Positions 1 through 13,015 of a stretch of DNA of 64,000 bases are shown in pieces (position 1 is the stretch's first letter; each line of letters starts with the position of its first letter). Position numbers and translations under genes: made by a program. Origin of the DNA: Lama guanicoe (taxonomy: Eukaryota). Location of the stretch: contig MU054212.1 of assembly GCA_013239625.1 (NCBI GenBank), positions 682,001 through 746,000 of the forward strand, given 5' to 3'. The notes below the pieces were generated by a model, which saw only the letters and a program-made list of their open reading frames with translations, did not search any database and was not told the DNA's origin.

Positions 1-490
1 ACCGAGACTCTGACTCACCCTTTCTCAGTCATGGGTCCAGGTGGGGATCCTGTATGACTGGGGCTGGCCAAACAGTGCTCTGAGTCTCTCTGGTCACAGT
101 GAATGGTCGTGATTCAGGGCCAGCCAATCAGCATAATTCCATCTTCCTGGTCAGCTTTTAGATCTGGGATGGGCAGTGGCCTTGACTGATGAAATCAGAG
201 TTAAGCCTGGGACTCATGTAGAAGCTACAAGGGAGACAGTCTTGTTCCATTAAAGTTGTGAGGAAGTAAGCCTGGAGTCAACAACACCCATGAGGGGAGA
301 GCCTGGCTGTGAAATGAAGCAAAGACAGAGAGCAGAACTGAAAGGATTCTAAGTAGGTCACTGGAACCTCTGGATCAAGCCATGCCTGAAGCAGTTTCTA
401 CCCTATGACTTTTCGTTAATGTGAACCAGGAAATTTCCCTTTTGCTTAGCGCATTTGGTGAGCTTTCTAACACTTGCAAACAGAAGTATC
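1..490 (+). mobile_element. Old MaLR/ERVL-class LTR remnant
   Basis: Characteristic 3' LTR text tggatcaagccatgcctgaagc...ttcccttttgctta...acttgcaa; family from recall. Confidence 0.55.
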
Positions 491-2019
491 AAGTTAGGTA
501 TGACTACTATACCCTAGGCTCGTTCTAAAATTCATAAACATTAATCCTAAAGAGACAAATCTGAAAAAGCAAAAGGTGGGGAGTCAGAAGAGCTGCCATT
601 TTCTGGGACTAGAGGCAGGTTACCAAGACTTCCCACACCTGAGTTCCTTCCTCTGTCAGGTGATTAACATCTGCTTCACCTGTTAGGTGACTGTGAGAAT
701 CACACAGAAAGGAAATCATTCTGGAAACATACGGAAAAGCACTGTACAAACAAAAAAACAGTATCATTACTAGCACAACACCTTACTTGTTCAAACTTCA
801 AAATCCTAGCATCCATAACTATCCAGATCCTATAAAAAATTTTTTTGAAGTCTTTCAATAACAACAGATGGTTGTTGCTGTTGTTTTGTTTTTCACATCA
901 CATACTATACTCTGCTCTAGGAGAGGAAGCTCCCCCTGCCGGCCAGAGGGCAGACAGAGAGCCAGCCCTGCCTTTTGTTCTGGGCTCAGAATCAACACGC
1001 ACAGTGGTTCATTTCTTAGGTCCACCCAGGCCATTTTCTCCCTCATCGCACACATCATCCCATCTACTCAGGCTTATGAATCATGAAAGAAAAATGATGA
1101 TTTAATTTCGAAATTACCACTATTAATTCTCAACTGCTATCTGGCAACTTTGGAGTTGTCCCAATAACACTATTCTTATCTAGCGAGGCAGATTTTGTTT
1201 GTTTTTGCTGTTTTCATAGCCGAGATCTAAGGGCCAACATAACAACAATCTTTACAGTAAAAGACTAAACTGTTTGAAATTTTCACGTTTTCTTCAAACG
1301 TCAGAACACAATCATTTTCTGATAGATAAAAATAGTTAGCAATTCGGGTATAAATTGGAAGAGGCATTACTACCATTACTGATTTTTAAGTTATGTGCTG
1401 AGTTTCTGGTCAATGGTGATATTTATGGATTCTCTTCTGATGGAAAAATAACTAAATTTTTGGAGTTCCATATAATATATAATGCAACTGGAAAAAAATT
1501 CACTCTTCACAGTCCCCTCCTTTGAGGAGCTCAATCCCAGAGGCTGGGGTGGGAGGACAGAATGGACGCTTGTTTCACGAGCGTTCTCGTGTCCTGGGCA
1601 TCAGTGCTGCACCAAGCATGTGCACCCACGACTGAGCCCAGCATGCCCCAGGCTGCGTGACTGGTACCCATGGGCAGAGTCATAGTTCCCTGGAAGCAAA
1701 GAGCAGACAGAGCGTCCCGTCCCTGCTCTCAAGGACTGGCTGCATTTAGGCAGAGCAGGCTGGCCCCGGATACAGCAGGCTCTACAAATATCACTACCCT
1801 GTCTTCCTGCGTCTCCATCTGTGCCGCTTCACTTTGTAAAACGAGTTGAGCCTTCCCTGTTATCTGATTATCTACAATTCAAGGAGAGGAGGCTCCACAT
1901 CTAGCTGTACCACCGCTAAAGCTGGTGCTTCGTCTTCTGCTGATCTGAGACACAACAAGTGACAAGGCGAAGGGGAAGAGAAGAGAGGGACCATCCCTCC
2001 AAAACCTCTAACCACTTAC

Positions 2020-2101
2020 CAGTCGAGACAATGCTCTGGAACCAGCATAGATCACACCCACAAAGAGCACTGAAGCAGGAAGCCACGTCGAAACAGCAGA
2101 T
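2020..2101 (-). CDS. TMEM241: TMEM241 coding exon 4 (SAVSTWLPASVLFVGVIYAGSRALSRL); gene continues left of the window
   Basis: 82 nt; acceptor tttccag, donor gtaagt; lies inside ORF-track 2008..2334; hydrophobic SLC35-type transmembrane segment. Confidence 0.95.
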
Positions 2102-3234
2102 CTGGAAACAGGGAAAGAGACCATAATACTTTCGTTACTTATGTCCAAAAGACCCCGCTGGAAAGTATGACCCTTCCCATTCACCAAATATAGCCCCCGG
2201 GGTTGTCGAAACATCCCTAGGTGACTTGCGAAGCATGACTCGGTCTGTGTCACTGAGAGGGATGGAGGCTTACTAAGCCATCCTGCCCACAGCTCATCAC
2301 TTGGCCAACCATATGGTATTACTGATCCCACCATCGGGCACAGGTAAGCTAGAGAAGGAAAGGGCTTCCTGCAGGTTGGAAGAGAGGAGAGTTCTGATTT
2401 TTTCTTTTTAAGGGGGAAGTGAACAGCATTCTTCAGAATGTAAGTAGCTGAGGCTTTGAATCCATGCCAAATTATTTTAAAATTTTTTTAAAGGCTGGTT
2501 ACCTAGGCAATGTATCAAACAGCTTTATGGAACCACGAACAGAACCACAGTGTCAAAGGACAGAATTGAAGAGAGTCTTTGAGCCAGGTGGCCACGTGCT
2601 GAGCCTCAACCATTAACCTCAACCATTAACCTGAGATGCCAGTTCAGGGACTCTCTAAGGACTTCTGGAGGGCACGTTTCTTTGATTCAATTGTGGCCAC
2701 ACCAAGAACTGGTTTCAACACAGTTAAGAATCTTGATCTCCTTAAGAAAGGCAAAATCCCAGTTTCTGTACACAGAGTACATATCACCGAGGGTGCAACT
2801 TGCTTCCTTCATCAGTTACAAATGCGTTTGGTTCTCTAATTCAAGTTCCCGGAGTCATTCTAATAATAGATATAAACTAATGAAACCATTCCAGCAGGAT
2901 ATAAAATAATAATCCCAACTAACTCAGTGAACTGCTCTCCTTGGATGAAGCCTGTTCCAGAAATGTTGTTTGTCAATTTTATTAGCATGGCAGATGCTCC
3001 ATCCCTCATCAGACCTGCTTTTGTACAACTTCCCAGGGAACCCGGCATGAAAACACTTCTAGTCTCTAGTAAGGCCTCCGAACCCTACTTCCAGTATACA
3101 TTCATTCAGCCCAAACTCATAGCAACATGCAAGGTGCTCCCAGCACCAGAGTTAATATTAAAAGCAGCATCATTGTGGACATTTTCTGAGTCCTCGCTAC
3201 AGACCAGCTAAATGTTTCCTACGCTGGGATCTTT

Positions 3235-3410
3235 TTAAAACCTGCACAACAATCTCACGAGGAAAGTATTATTTATTATTATCCCCGTCGTATGAGATGA
3301 GGAAAGGGAGGCACAAAGAGTTGAAGTAATCTGTCTCTGGTCAGAAGAGTTGGTAATGGCAAAGCCACAATCTGAATTCAGGTCTGACTCAAAACCATGC
3401 TTTTAACCCC
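3235..3410 (-). mobile_element. MIR SINE
   Basis: Core attatcccc...gatgaggaaa..gaggcacaaagagttgaagtaa. Confidence 0.75.
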
Positions 3411-3714
3411 CTCTCACCCTTTACCCTCAAGGACCTTGTGAATGAAAAATACTGCCAGCCATATCAGTAAACAAAGAATGCTGTGGCCATCATGTCATCT
3501 GTTGCTACCGCCACCCCCTCAACCTTTCACCCATTCCCCCTGCCCCCGCAGCGAGTGGAGGGAACTCAGGATATGGAGAAGAGGGCAGCCCGTTTCTGCA
3601 GCCACCCCCAACTGTGCACCCTAAGGGCACTCAGGATGTGGAAGAACAGGATACTGGCCCTAAATAGCTAGGTGTATATCAAAGGAATGATTTCAATGAG
3701 CCCAGACCTTCATA

Positions 3715-3966
3715 CCTTCCCAAACATAGAAAAGTGCTAAATTCCTTAACTTGAGATATCTGGTTTTCTCTAATTAATAGTAATCTTTTGATGATCCGAC
3801 TACCTGGTCTTTGTTGCAAAAACTCATGTATCCTGGCTTCGACCTAGCCACTCTGGAACAGTCTCTTAGAGCGATCTGAGAGGCTGCCTCCCAGGCTCGA
3901 GTCCTCAGAAGTCCGCTGAATTAAACAACTCTCAGCTCTTAGGTTGTGCACTTTATTTCAGTTGAC
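3715..3966 (+). mobile_element. ERV LTR 3' part
   Basis: LTR-like text ending ...aattaaacaactctcagctcttaggttgtgcactttatttcagttgaca. Confidence 0.5.
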
Positions 3967-4900
3967 AACCTCATCATCTAATGGGAGACACTGACATATA
4001 AATAAATAAGCTGCAAACACAATGTGATTTTGCTCTGGGAGCAGACCACGTAGCTAATTATCTGAGAACATTCTGTTATGACTACTCCTGCTGCAATCGG
4101 ACGTCTGCACTTCCAACAAAAGTGCCAACAGAGGATGGAAGATGCCAGTCTCTATCCTAACGGGTCAAGCTAACATCAGCCAGTTGCCACTCTTCTAGGA
4201 AAAGGCTTTCCCACTAGACATCCAGGGTCAAGGGAGACAGGATCCAGGCCTGTGGCCCGCAGGGCACTAGAAGGAAGCCCAGAGCCCACGCTGCAGAGAG
4301 GCAGGCGGGTGGGCACCGAGTGGAACAGCAGCCGGCCCAGCTGCGGCAGGCCCGGGACTTCGGAATTAAGGTCAGTGAGGCCCCAGACACGTGTGCTCCT
4401 CTCCCTCTTAAACAAGGAAAACTCCTGCCACGCATCTACTCCAAGAGACATCCGGGTATCCGAGTGGCCGTGGCCGTGGCCGTGGCCATGACAGAAAGGA
4501 AACAGGGAACATCTTGCTTTTAACCCCTCTGCCTTAAAATACAAAGGAATAACTTTAACCAGAAAAAATACACGTGGGTCTAGTTGGACTAAAGGTATTT
4601 TGTGACAGCAGCCTGAGCTGACTGAGATGCCCTCCACTGCAGCTCTAACTCTGCAGGATTCCGGGACAGCCAGCAGCCTGGGCCTGCAGGTAAGGAACAA
4701 ATGAGGCACGTGCCACCAGGGCACCTCCTCTCCACCTTTAATTCATAAGGTGGCACCACCTGCGTCTCCTGTACTGGTTTAATCTTTCATTGTCCTATGT
4801 GCCATCAAAGGAAGCAAGACAGGGTTAAATCCCGAGAAGGTCCTGGCAGAATCTCGCGTCTCTGTGGTGCAGGAGCCTCTGGGGAACTGCTGAGCCATTG

Positions 4901-4902
<2 letters not shown>

Positions 4903-4932
<30 letters not shown>
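4903..4932. repeat. (GT)15 microsatellite
   Basis: Read directly. Confidence 0.95.
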
Positions 4933-4936
<4 letters not shown>

Positions 4937-5707
4937 GAGATCTATGGAAGAACTACTTGCTACAGGGTCTGCTTTGAACACACTGGTGATACGGAATTTG
5001 TCTTATATGATCCATAAGCACAAACGTTGCATCTTCTCTGCATCGTGTGTACTTTCTGTCTTTTTGCTTGTGCACACGCCACCATCCCTAAGAATCCTGA
5101 TGAATGAAGCATTTTACAAGAAGCTAACAATAGTCTCTTGGCATGAAATCTTAAAACTCTTGTTATTGAGATGAAGGCTAATTAAATTAAGTCACTTGTT
5201 TTTCAAATAGAGCATGCATTATTGAGGGAACATCTGCTCCCTGAAAACACTCAGTTAATCTATTCCTGGGAGCCTGGCAGGATCCTTGAGCTGAATTCTT
5301 GAAAATTCTCAGAGTGATGCTGACACCTAGTGACCCAGAAGCAGTTTCCAAACATGAAAAGAACACATGACCAAGATACCAGGGCTCACAGGTTGACTAC
5401 TGACTGGCACTGCCTAAAACAGTAACACACCTTACAACTGTAAAGTCAGTATTCACTTTACAGTTTATAAGGACTTCTGCATATATTAACTCCCTGCTTA
5501 TAGAAGATGCCTGATTTCACCTTTTTGGTCCATTACTGGTGGATATGGTCCTCAAGGAGTCTTACGCCCTCTCAGACCTTTCTCCTTCAATCTTTACTCT
5601 CTCCCTGACTCAGAGAGGGCCATCCTCCCATGACAAAGTCCAGCCCTAATATTACTTGAACCCAAGAACCCTTGTTGACACTGTGTCTCACCGAGGATCA
5701 CTCAGAG

Positions 5708-5917
5708 CAGGAGTTAGCAGACAGCAGCCTATAGGCCAAGTCCCACCTGCTGCCTGTTGCTGAAATAGCATTTTATTGTCACACAGCCACACCTGTCTGT
5801 TTACCTTGTCTATGGCTGTTTTTCCACTACAACAGCAGAGTTGAGTAGTTGTGACAGAGAGCGTATGGCCCACAAAGCCTATAATGTTTCCTCTCCGGTT
5901 CTTGTTTGCAAACCCTG
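5708..5917. mobile_element. MER58A-like hAT-Charlie MITE
   Basis: actacaacagcagagttgagtagttgtgacagagagcgtatggcccacaaagcct hallmark; CAG...CTG termini. Confidence 0.8.
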
Positions 5918-6463
5918 ATTCAGAGTAAGGCAGCCTGGGTCCCAACGTCTGGAACTTACGAGCTGCGGCACCCTCGGGCGCCTCACCCCAATCCGGGGAA
6001 GGAGCGGGGCTGGATGTGCGGCTAAGTGAGTTTAGGAGACAGGCAGCCAGGATGGCACAGAACAGAGATGTTAGTACTAAGAAACACAGTCCAAAAATGA
6101 AAAAAGAAAAAGAAATAGAGGTCACCCAGGTCCCCGAATACCAACTGAGGTAGGATAGAAGAGGTCCACATCTCATTTCTAATAGATATGAGAAAGAAAA
6201 CCCAGTTCAAGCATCTTGCCCGTGCATAGTCCGTGAGGGACTGCCAATTCAAGCTAATGTGCAAGACATAACACCTTTGATCTCCGGTCCGGGAGGTTAA
6301 CACTTCATACCATTGACTTAAGAGGTCAGAAAGGGCTGTATGGACACAGAGGGACAGCTATACACAATGCGGTCTATGACAAACCGTGAGTTCAGCAGAT
6401 TCCTATGCACTGAGTGGTGTGGGCATGCCCTGCAGGCATCAAAGGTCAAAAAAATCCCCGTCC

Positions 6464-6880
6464 TGAGAAAGGCAAATACTGCATGGTATCACTTATATGT
6501 GGAATCTTTTTTAATACAGTCAAACTCATAGAAACAGAGAGAGTCTGGTGAAAGGGCACAAAGTTTCAGCTACAAGATGAATAATGTACATTGATTATTC
6601 ATAAATGATGAATAATGTATCCTATGAGGATCTAATGTGTAATATGGTGACTACAGTTGATAACATTGTATTTATAATTGAGATTTGCTAAGAGAGTGGA
6701 ACTTAAACGTTCGTACAAAAAAAAGATAACTATGTGAGTTGATGGATGTGTTAATTAACTAGATGGTGTGAATGTTTCACAATGTATACGTATATCAAAT
6801 CACCACAATGTACACTGTAAATAACTTAAAATTTTATTTGCCAATGATACTTCAATAAAGCTGGGAAAAAAAAAAAAAAA
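6464..6880 (+). mobile_element. L1 3' end (L1MA/MB-like) with poly(A) tail
   Basis: aaatactgcatggtatcacttatatgtggaatc...caataaagctggg followed by an A-run. Confidence 0.85.
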
Positions 6881-9014
6881 CCCTGTCCCTTTACCAATCC
6901 TGGCCTCTGGGATGCCTCCCAGGTACAACCCAAGCGCCATGTCAACACCAACCAGATTCTATTCACTATGATATCCCCTCAGTGGCTCTCAGCACGTTTC
7001 CTAAGGAATTTTTGAAAGTTGGTTTTATTATTCACAAAAAGTAATTTCTAACACACACGTATATATGTAAGGCATTCTTCTGGAGAGAAAACAATGGGAA
7101 AGAAAAACAAAAACACAAGAATCTGAGTGCTAACTTTCCTCTGTGAGCAAAGATGACTTTTTATAAAACTACAAGAGTCACTCAAAAGGAAATATCAATA
7201 CATTACAACACTATTTGGGAAATTCTAACCACCAGTAGCTTTGATGAAGGTGGGCTAGCTCACTTAAAAACCAATAAATAACCAATCATTAAAAAGAAGT
7301 ACAATTGTGTCCCGAATTGACTGGCTCATTTATTTAGGGACTGGGCTGAGTTAATTTGGAGGTTTTATCAAAAGTAGTAGTTATGGTTCTCCAGCAAAGA
7401 CTCTCAATGGAAAATTTAGGGGTGAGGGGTTCTTTATCTGTCAGAAATCTCTGGTCACAAAGGTATTATGGCACAGGTTTTTTTAACTTAGAATTTTTCA
7501 TATTTGAAAACGTTGAGAGTCAATTTTTCTCTCTTATATATAGTGGATAAAAAGTAGTAAGTAGGTTAAAGATCACTTTCAAAATGTATTTATGTATGTA
7601 TTTATTTATTTAATTTATTTTCATTTTCACAATCTGACAAACCCTTTCCATTTTTTTTATTACAAACCCTTTCCATTTTTTATTACCAAAATGCTGTAAA
7701 GTATACAAAATGCACATGATATACTGAAGGTTTTATGTTGCTTTCCAAACCAACTCTGCTGCAAAAGAACCAAGTAAGCTGTCTCCCACAATATATCAAA
7801 ATGTTTTTATTTAAACATGGAGCCTAGTCGTACAGGAGCCAGCAGATGGCATCTAAAGTCTCCAGTGAAATCACACCTGAGTGTCCTCAGCCATGGTTCT
7901 GGAATCTAATACAGTGCCATGGTCTCGCTGTGCTGTGCTACCAGACGTCCAGTCAGCTGAAACAGGTCACAATGTGCTTTAAGGCTCACGTTTTGGAACT
8001 ACAGAAAGCCTTCGGCACAGGACTTCCAACGCTGCTAGAAAAATCACTTCAATGTTCTGCAATGACTTGGCAACAGCAGTAGCCACCATATAATGACAAG
8101 CTTGTGGCTGAAAACCAGGGCTGTCTTTCTCAAGACAGAGGCTTCCAGGGCAGCACCCAAGACCCAGTGATAACAACCAGTTGCTGGGCAAACATCCTGG
8201 GAGGAGAATGGTTCCATCGGGCCACTTGGTGGTGTCAATACATGACGTGGCCAGGGGGAATCAGGGATTCTGCTGTGCTCCAGCCTACAAGGACAGTCTA
8301 AATGAGCTCTCTATGGTGAATGCTATTAAGGAGCAATTTGGGGCTTGCCCTCCAGCCCCATCATTATAATCCCCAACCACGATGATGTCGGGGATGCAAA
8401 ACCGTCTTCCTGCTGTTGCTTCCTTTTTCAGTAAAGCCTGACCTCTGCTCTCTCTCTGCTCGGTGACACAGCAAAGCTGGGCTGTGGTTCTCTAGTGACA
8501 TAATCAAAAAGCAAAGCCAAGCAGGAAACATGGCCACAGCAAACACAGACCCAGCCCAAGCATACACGAAGGAACACTGGTGCTGGCTCCTTGCTGCCAG
8601 CTGTCTGGTAACACCCCTTTGCCGAGGGCACATGGTAACTGGAAATCCTGAGCTGGGACAGCAGTTATGAACCACAAGACCCACTGCAAACTAGGACATG
8701 GGGATCTGAAGCTTAACTGAGCTGACACCATGTGTGTGGCTGTGAGACCACCAAAGGAAGTCCAGGGGACGGAGGTGAAAAAGTCTCTAGAAAATTGAGC
8801 AAGGGGACAAAAAAGGGATACTATCATGGATCTTCTGAGATGGGTGGCACCTAGCATCATGCGAATTCAAGGGCCAACTCTGTCTAGTGGGTCTCAAACT
8901 TCTGTCAAGGACCACTTCTTCCAGGAAAAGAATCTTGAGAATTTTTTACTTTTCGTGGTTTGACTAGTCATTCCCCCTCCTCCACCCACAAAAAAAAAAG
9001 CAATAAAGTATGAA

Positions 9015-9435
9015 GAATGCCATCAATGGATGAATGAATAAACCAAATGTGTTACATACACAATGGAATATTATTCAGCCTTAAAAAGGGAAATGTTGAC
9101 ACATGCTACTTCATGGATGAAGCTTGCAGACATTATGCCAAGTGAAATAAACCAGTCACAAAAAAAACCAAATACTGTATGATCCCATTTAAACGAGGTG
9201 CCTAGAATAGGTAAATTCATAGAGCCAGAAGCTAGAAAAGAGGTTGACCAGGGGCTGGGGGATGGAAGAAAGGGGAGCTCTTATGGTTTCTGTTTTGGAT
9301 GATGAAAATTTCTAGAAATGGATGATGGTCATGGTTGCACAATATTGTGAATGTACTTAACACCACTGAACTATATGCTTAAAAATTGTTTTAAAATGGT
9401 AAATTTATGTTACATATATTCTACTTACAAAAAAA
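9015..9435 (+). mobile_element. L1 3' end (L1MB-like)
   Basis: caatggaatattattcagccttaaaaagg...gtgaaataaaccagtcacaaaa. Confidence 0.85.
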
Positions 9436-10380
9436 GTTTCCATATGAACAATGGCATTGCTTTTAAGGAAACATAACTAAGGTAATGTTTAAAAGACCAT
9501 TACTAATAAGTAAATACTTCACATCAGAAATCATAAGATAAAGTCAGGGTCACTGTGAGAGCAGAAGACCCAAGCTGATTAGCACCGATGGACCCCAGTC
9601 CAAAATCTGACAGCCAGTTCTCTTGCTTCTGCAGAGAAATACATTCAACTACTTGGGGTCAAAATGCTTCATTATTTAACTGAATATTAGAACTATCAAA
9701 GGCCTTGTGAATTCAGGGCTCATGTTCTTTTGAATGAAGACCCAATTCTCAGGGAACTATCCACCATAACAACAAACTATAAAGTAAGACTTGCACTTGG
9801 TATCACATGTAAAATACCAAAAGTATATTTTATTAAGTAGAGGATTCCATACCATGGAAATGCAAATTTTTGACTTAATGAACTGCTCCTTTGGATTAGT
9901 AAGCGTCCTTCGTGTGATATTCTTTTAGAATATGGACCAGGATGTTAATTGTGTCAAGAAAGTGAATCCAAACCCAAGTTCCCAGGGCCTCTCCTTTGTA
10001 AAGCCTCTTAAACCAGCGTTTTGCTCTCTACTTATATATTTGCAGGAGAAGCCAAAATTATCAGTATTTATACTGGACTCATTCTCAAAGCTTCTCCAGA
10101 GTGCCAGGCCAAGGAGTAACTTAGCAATGAAGTAGTTAATCTGACTCATGGAGAAGTTGGGCAGATAATTCGGATCACAAGGCAAATGGCTTGGCCTGAT
10201 CATTTAGTCGGGATGTTTACCTAATTCATGTAAACCTTGACTTCATTTTCTCTTCGTTTTACGCATAATTTCAGGCGAGGCACGATGTTCTCAAAGAATC
10301 AACAGAATTTATTCAGGTGAGGCAGGAGTGGATAGCCGATTCGGATTAAAACTTTGGCTGAAAAATGTCATGCTCTTTGA

Positions 10381-10570
10381 CTTTTTTTTAATATATGTAT
10401 ATTTTTATTGAAGTATAGTCAGTTTGCCGCGTTGTGTCAATTTCTGGTGTACAGCACAGTGCTTCAGTCATGTAGGAACATACATATACTTGTTTTCATA
10501 TTCTTTTCCACCATAAGTTACTATAAGATGTTGAATATGGTTCCCTGTGCTATACAGTATAAACTTGTTG
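10381..10570 (-). mobile_element. Artiodactyl-type L1 3' end
   Basis: tttttattgaagtatag...gttccctgtgctatacagta. Confidence 0.8.
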
Positions 10571-11335
10571 TGACATTTCTTTTAAATCTATTTGAAAAGC
10601 TGTCTTAATAGAATCGTAGCAACTCATGCTAATTGTGATCTGAGTTGGCCTCTGGATCAGAATTTTTGTGCGAAGGGTTATAAAGACTATTCTTGAGAAA
10701 AGTGGCAAAATATGAGTATGGTTTACAGATAATAGTATTGTATTGATGTTAATTTCCTCATTTTGATAACGATGTAGTCATGTGAGAGAATGTCCCAGCT
10801 CTTAGGAAATACAATTTATAAGTAAAGAAAAGAGGTATCTTACTCTCAAACCGGCAACTTTCAAATAATTCAGAAAAAAAAAAAGTGTGTGTGTGAAGAG
10901 ACAGTGATAAGAGAAGCAGGGTAAAATAATTATTGGGAAATCTGAGTAAAGGGTATGAGAATTCTCTGTGCTATTTCTAACTTTTCCAGGAGCAGGAAAT
11001 AACTGCAAATTCAAAATTTTACCCCCCCAAAATTAAAGCTGATTTAATAACTTATTTATAGGGGCCCTATGATCTAAAACAAAACCAGATTAATACAGTA
11101 TTGTAAATTATATATTGCAATTAATTTTAATATACATGAGTGGCATCATTAACCAGGAAAACATTACTGAGTTCTATAGGATTATAAAATCATTGAATCT
11201 CAAGGTTAGAAGGGAATTAAGAGATCAAACAACTCAAACAAACATCCGTGTTTCCCAATGTAACACCATCAGTTAAACAATATAAGAGGAAGCAGGCTGT
11301 GAATCATGAATCAAGCACAGAAGGGGTGGTCCTAC

Positions 11336-11413
11336 CTTGAACTGCAGTTGATCTCCGCCCAACCCAGCTTCCATGACACATGAAGCAAAAGTCCACCAAT
11401 CAGCGTCTGCCAC
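11336..11413 (-). CDS. TMEM241: TMEM241 coding exon 3 (WQTLIGGLLLHVSWKLGWAEINCSSR)
   Basis: 78 nt; acceptor ttctcag, donor gtagga; phase 2 at both ends. Confidence 0.95.
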
Positions 11414-12789
11414 CTGAGAAGAATCCGGGCCAATGTGAATTTAAGAGCTCCGTGGTCTCAAACGCCATCCAGCCCCGTTAGATCTGTCTGCCTGACACAA
11501 ATACACGCATCCGATCCTTCTTACAACTCCTGTCTCCTACTTTCTCATCATTATCATCCCAGTTCTCAGATCCCTCTTTCTCAACCTCTCCTGCTCCCTC
11601 GAGCCCAGCCGTATCACTGAGAGCTAATACTGATGGTCTTCTCTTCTTATCCTAGACTTTTCCTGAACGAACTCTCCCACAGTCACTACTTACTTCTCCA
11701 TTATCTCTACACTGATGATTCCCAAATCCTCCTTCTCACCAGGATGTGGCCACCCTGAGACCCCACAAGCTCCCAATGATAACACGCCTATAGCATGACC
11801 TTAAACCTCCCCCTCCCCATCCTGAGCATCCTCCTACCATCCCTAATCAGCCAAACAAGAAACCCGGATGTCATCCTGGCCCTCCTCTGCCGTCACTTCC
11901 CTTATCTACTTACAAAATCCTATTGACTTTATCCCCATAACAGTTCTGAAACCCAAAGCCGCCGTCTCCTTCCCTCTTCCCAATTCAGACTCATCACCTC
12001 ACACCTGGAACACAGCATCAGTCCCCTCACTGGCCTCCCTCTCTCCAGGGTTGCCCTGTACCCTCCATTCTCCATCTCACAGCCAAAGGTTTTGTTCTAA
12101 AATGCAAACTGAATCATGCTCCTTATTTTTAAAAGGGCTGATCCTCCCACAGCAGCCCTCAGCCTCTTTTCTGCCCCTACACACTTGGGGTCATGGAGCT
12201 CATGTGAGACACACGTCCTCCCGTGCAGAGTGTAGGGGGAGCACACGTTAAAAGATAAACATCCCTCCCCTGCCCACTACAAAAAGCACAGCAAAACGCC
12301 ACATGAGTGACGGGTAAGGCAGGCATAACTTTATCCTGTTTCACACAAATTGCTTTTTTACTTTCAGTGAGTCATTCATAAATGTCAACACCTTATTTCT
12401 GCTTATGACTTGAGATACCTCACCTCGGAGGTGATTACAACACACCATGTGTTGTGACATGACAGCTGAGAACCCCTGGCCTACAGGATAAAGTCACTTG
12501 CGTGTGACATGCAAGCCTTCCGGGACTCGCACCCGCCCCCCTCCAGGGTCAGCTCCTGTCCATCTGCTGGTGGCAGCTACATTCCAGCCACAAAGAACAG
12601 CCCACAGCCTCGGCACTGTGCCAGGCCACTTGATATTTCTTAGAGTTTGCACATGCAGCCCTCTTGGCTCATAATGTTCTTCCCATCTCTCTGGGTGAAT
12701 GGACACTCATTCATCCTGTAAGATCCAGGTTTTATGTCCCACTGACTCAGCCAGGCAGAGCAAACAGATATGAGTCAGGCCCTCCATCG

Positions 12790-13015
12790 GGACCTCAATT
12801 ATGTAGTTTTTCCCCCAGGGGACAACGGGCAGCACCTGGAGACATTTTTGGTTGTCACAAAAGGAGGCGGGGGAAAGGAGGGCTGCTACTGGCATCTGAT
12901 GAGCACGAGCCAGGATGCTGCGGGGTAAACATTCCCTCAACATGCAGGACAGGCCCCCACGACAAAGAAGGATCCAGCTCAAAATGTCACTAGTGCCGAG
13001 GCTGAGAAACCCTGG
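12790..13015. mobile_element. MER20-like hAT-Charlie element
   Basis: ctggagacatttttggttgtcaca...caaaatgtcactagtgccgaggctgagaaaccctg. Confidence 0.8.

Noticed and set aside
1..2019. Expected TMEM241 exon 5 (AIPVF...)
   Set aside because: No matching sequence found; it presumably lies left of the window
4176..4724. 182-aa ORF with an HGHGHGHGH motif
   Set aside because: The motif derives from a (GTGGCC)4 repeat at 4464-4487; no recognisable domain and no splice support
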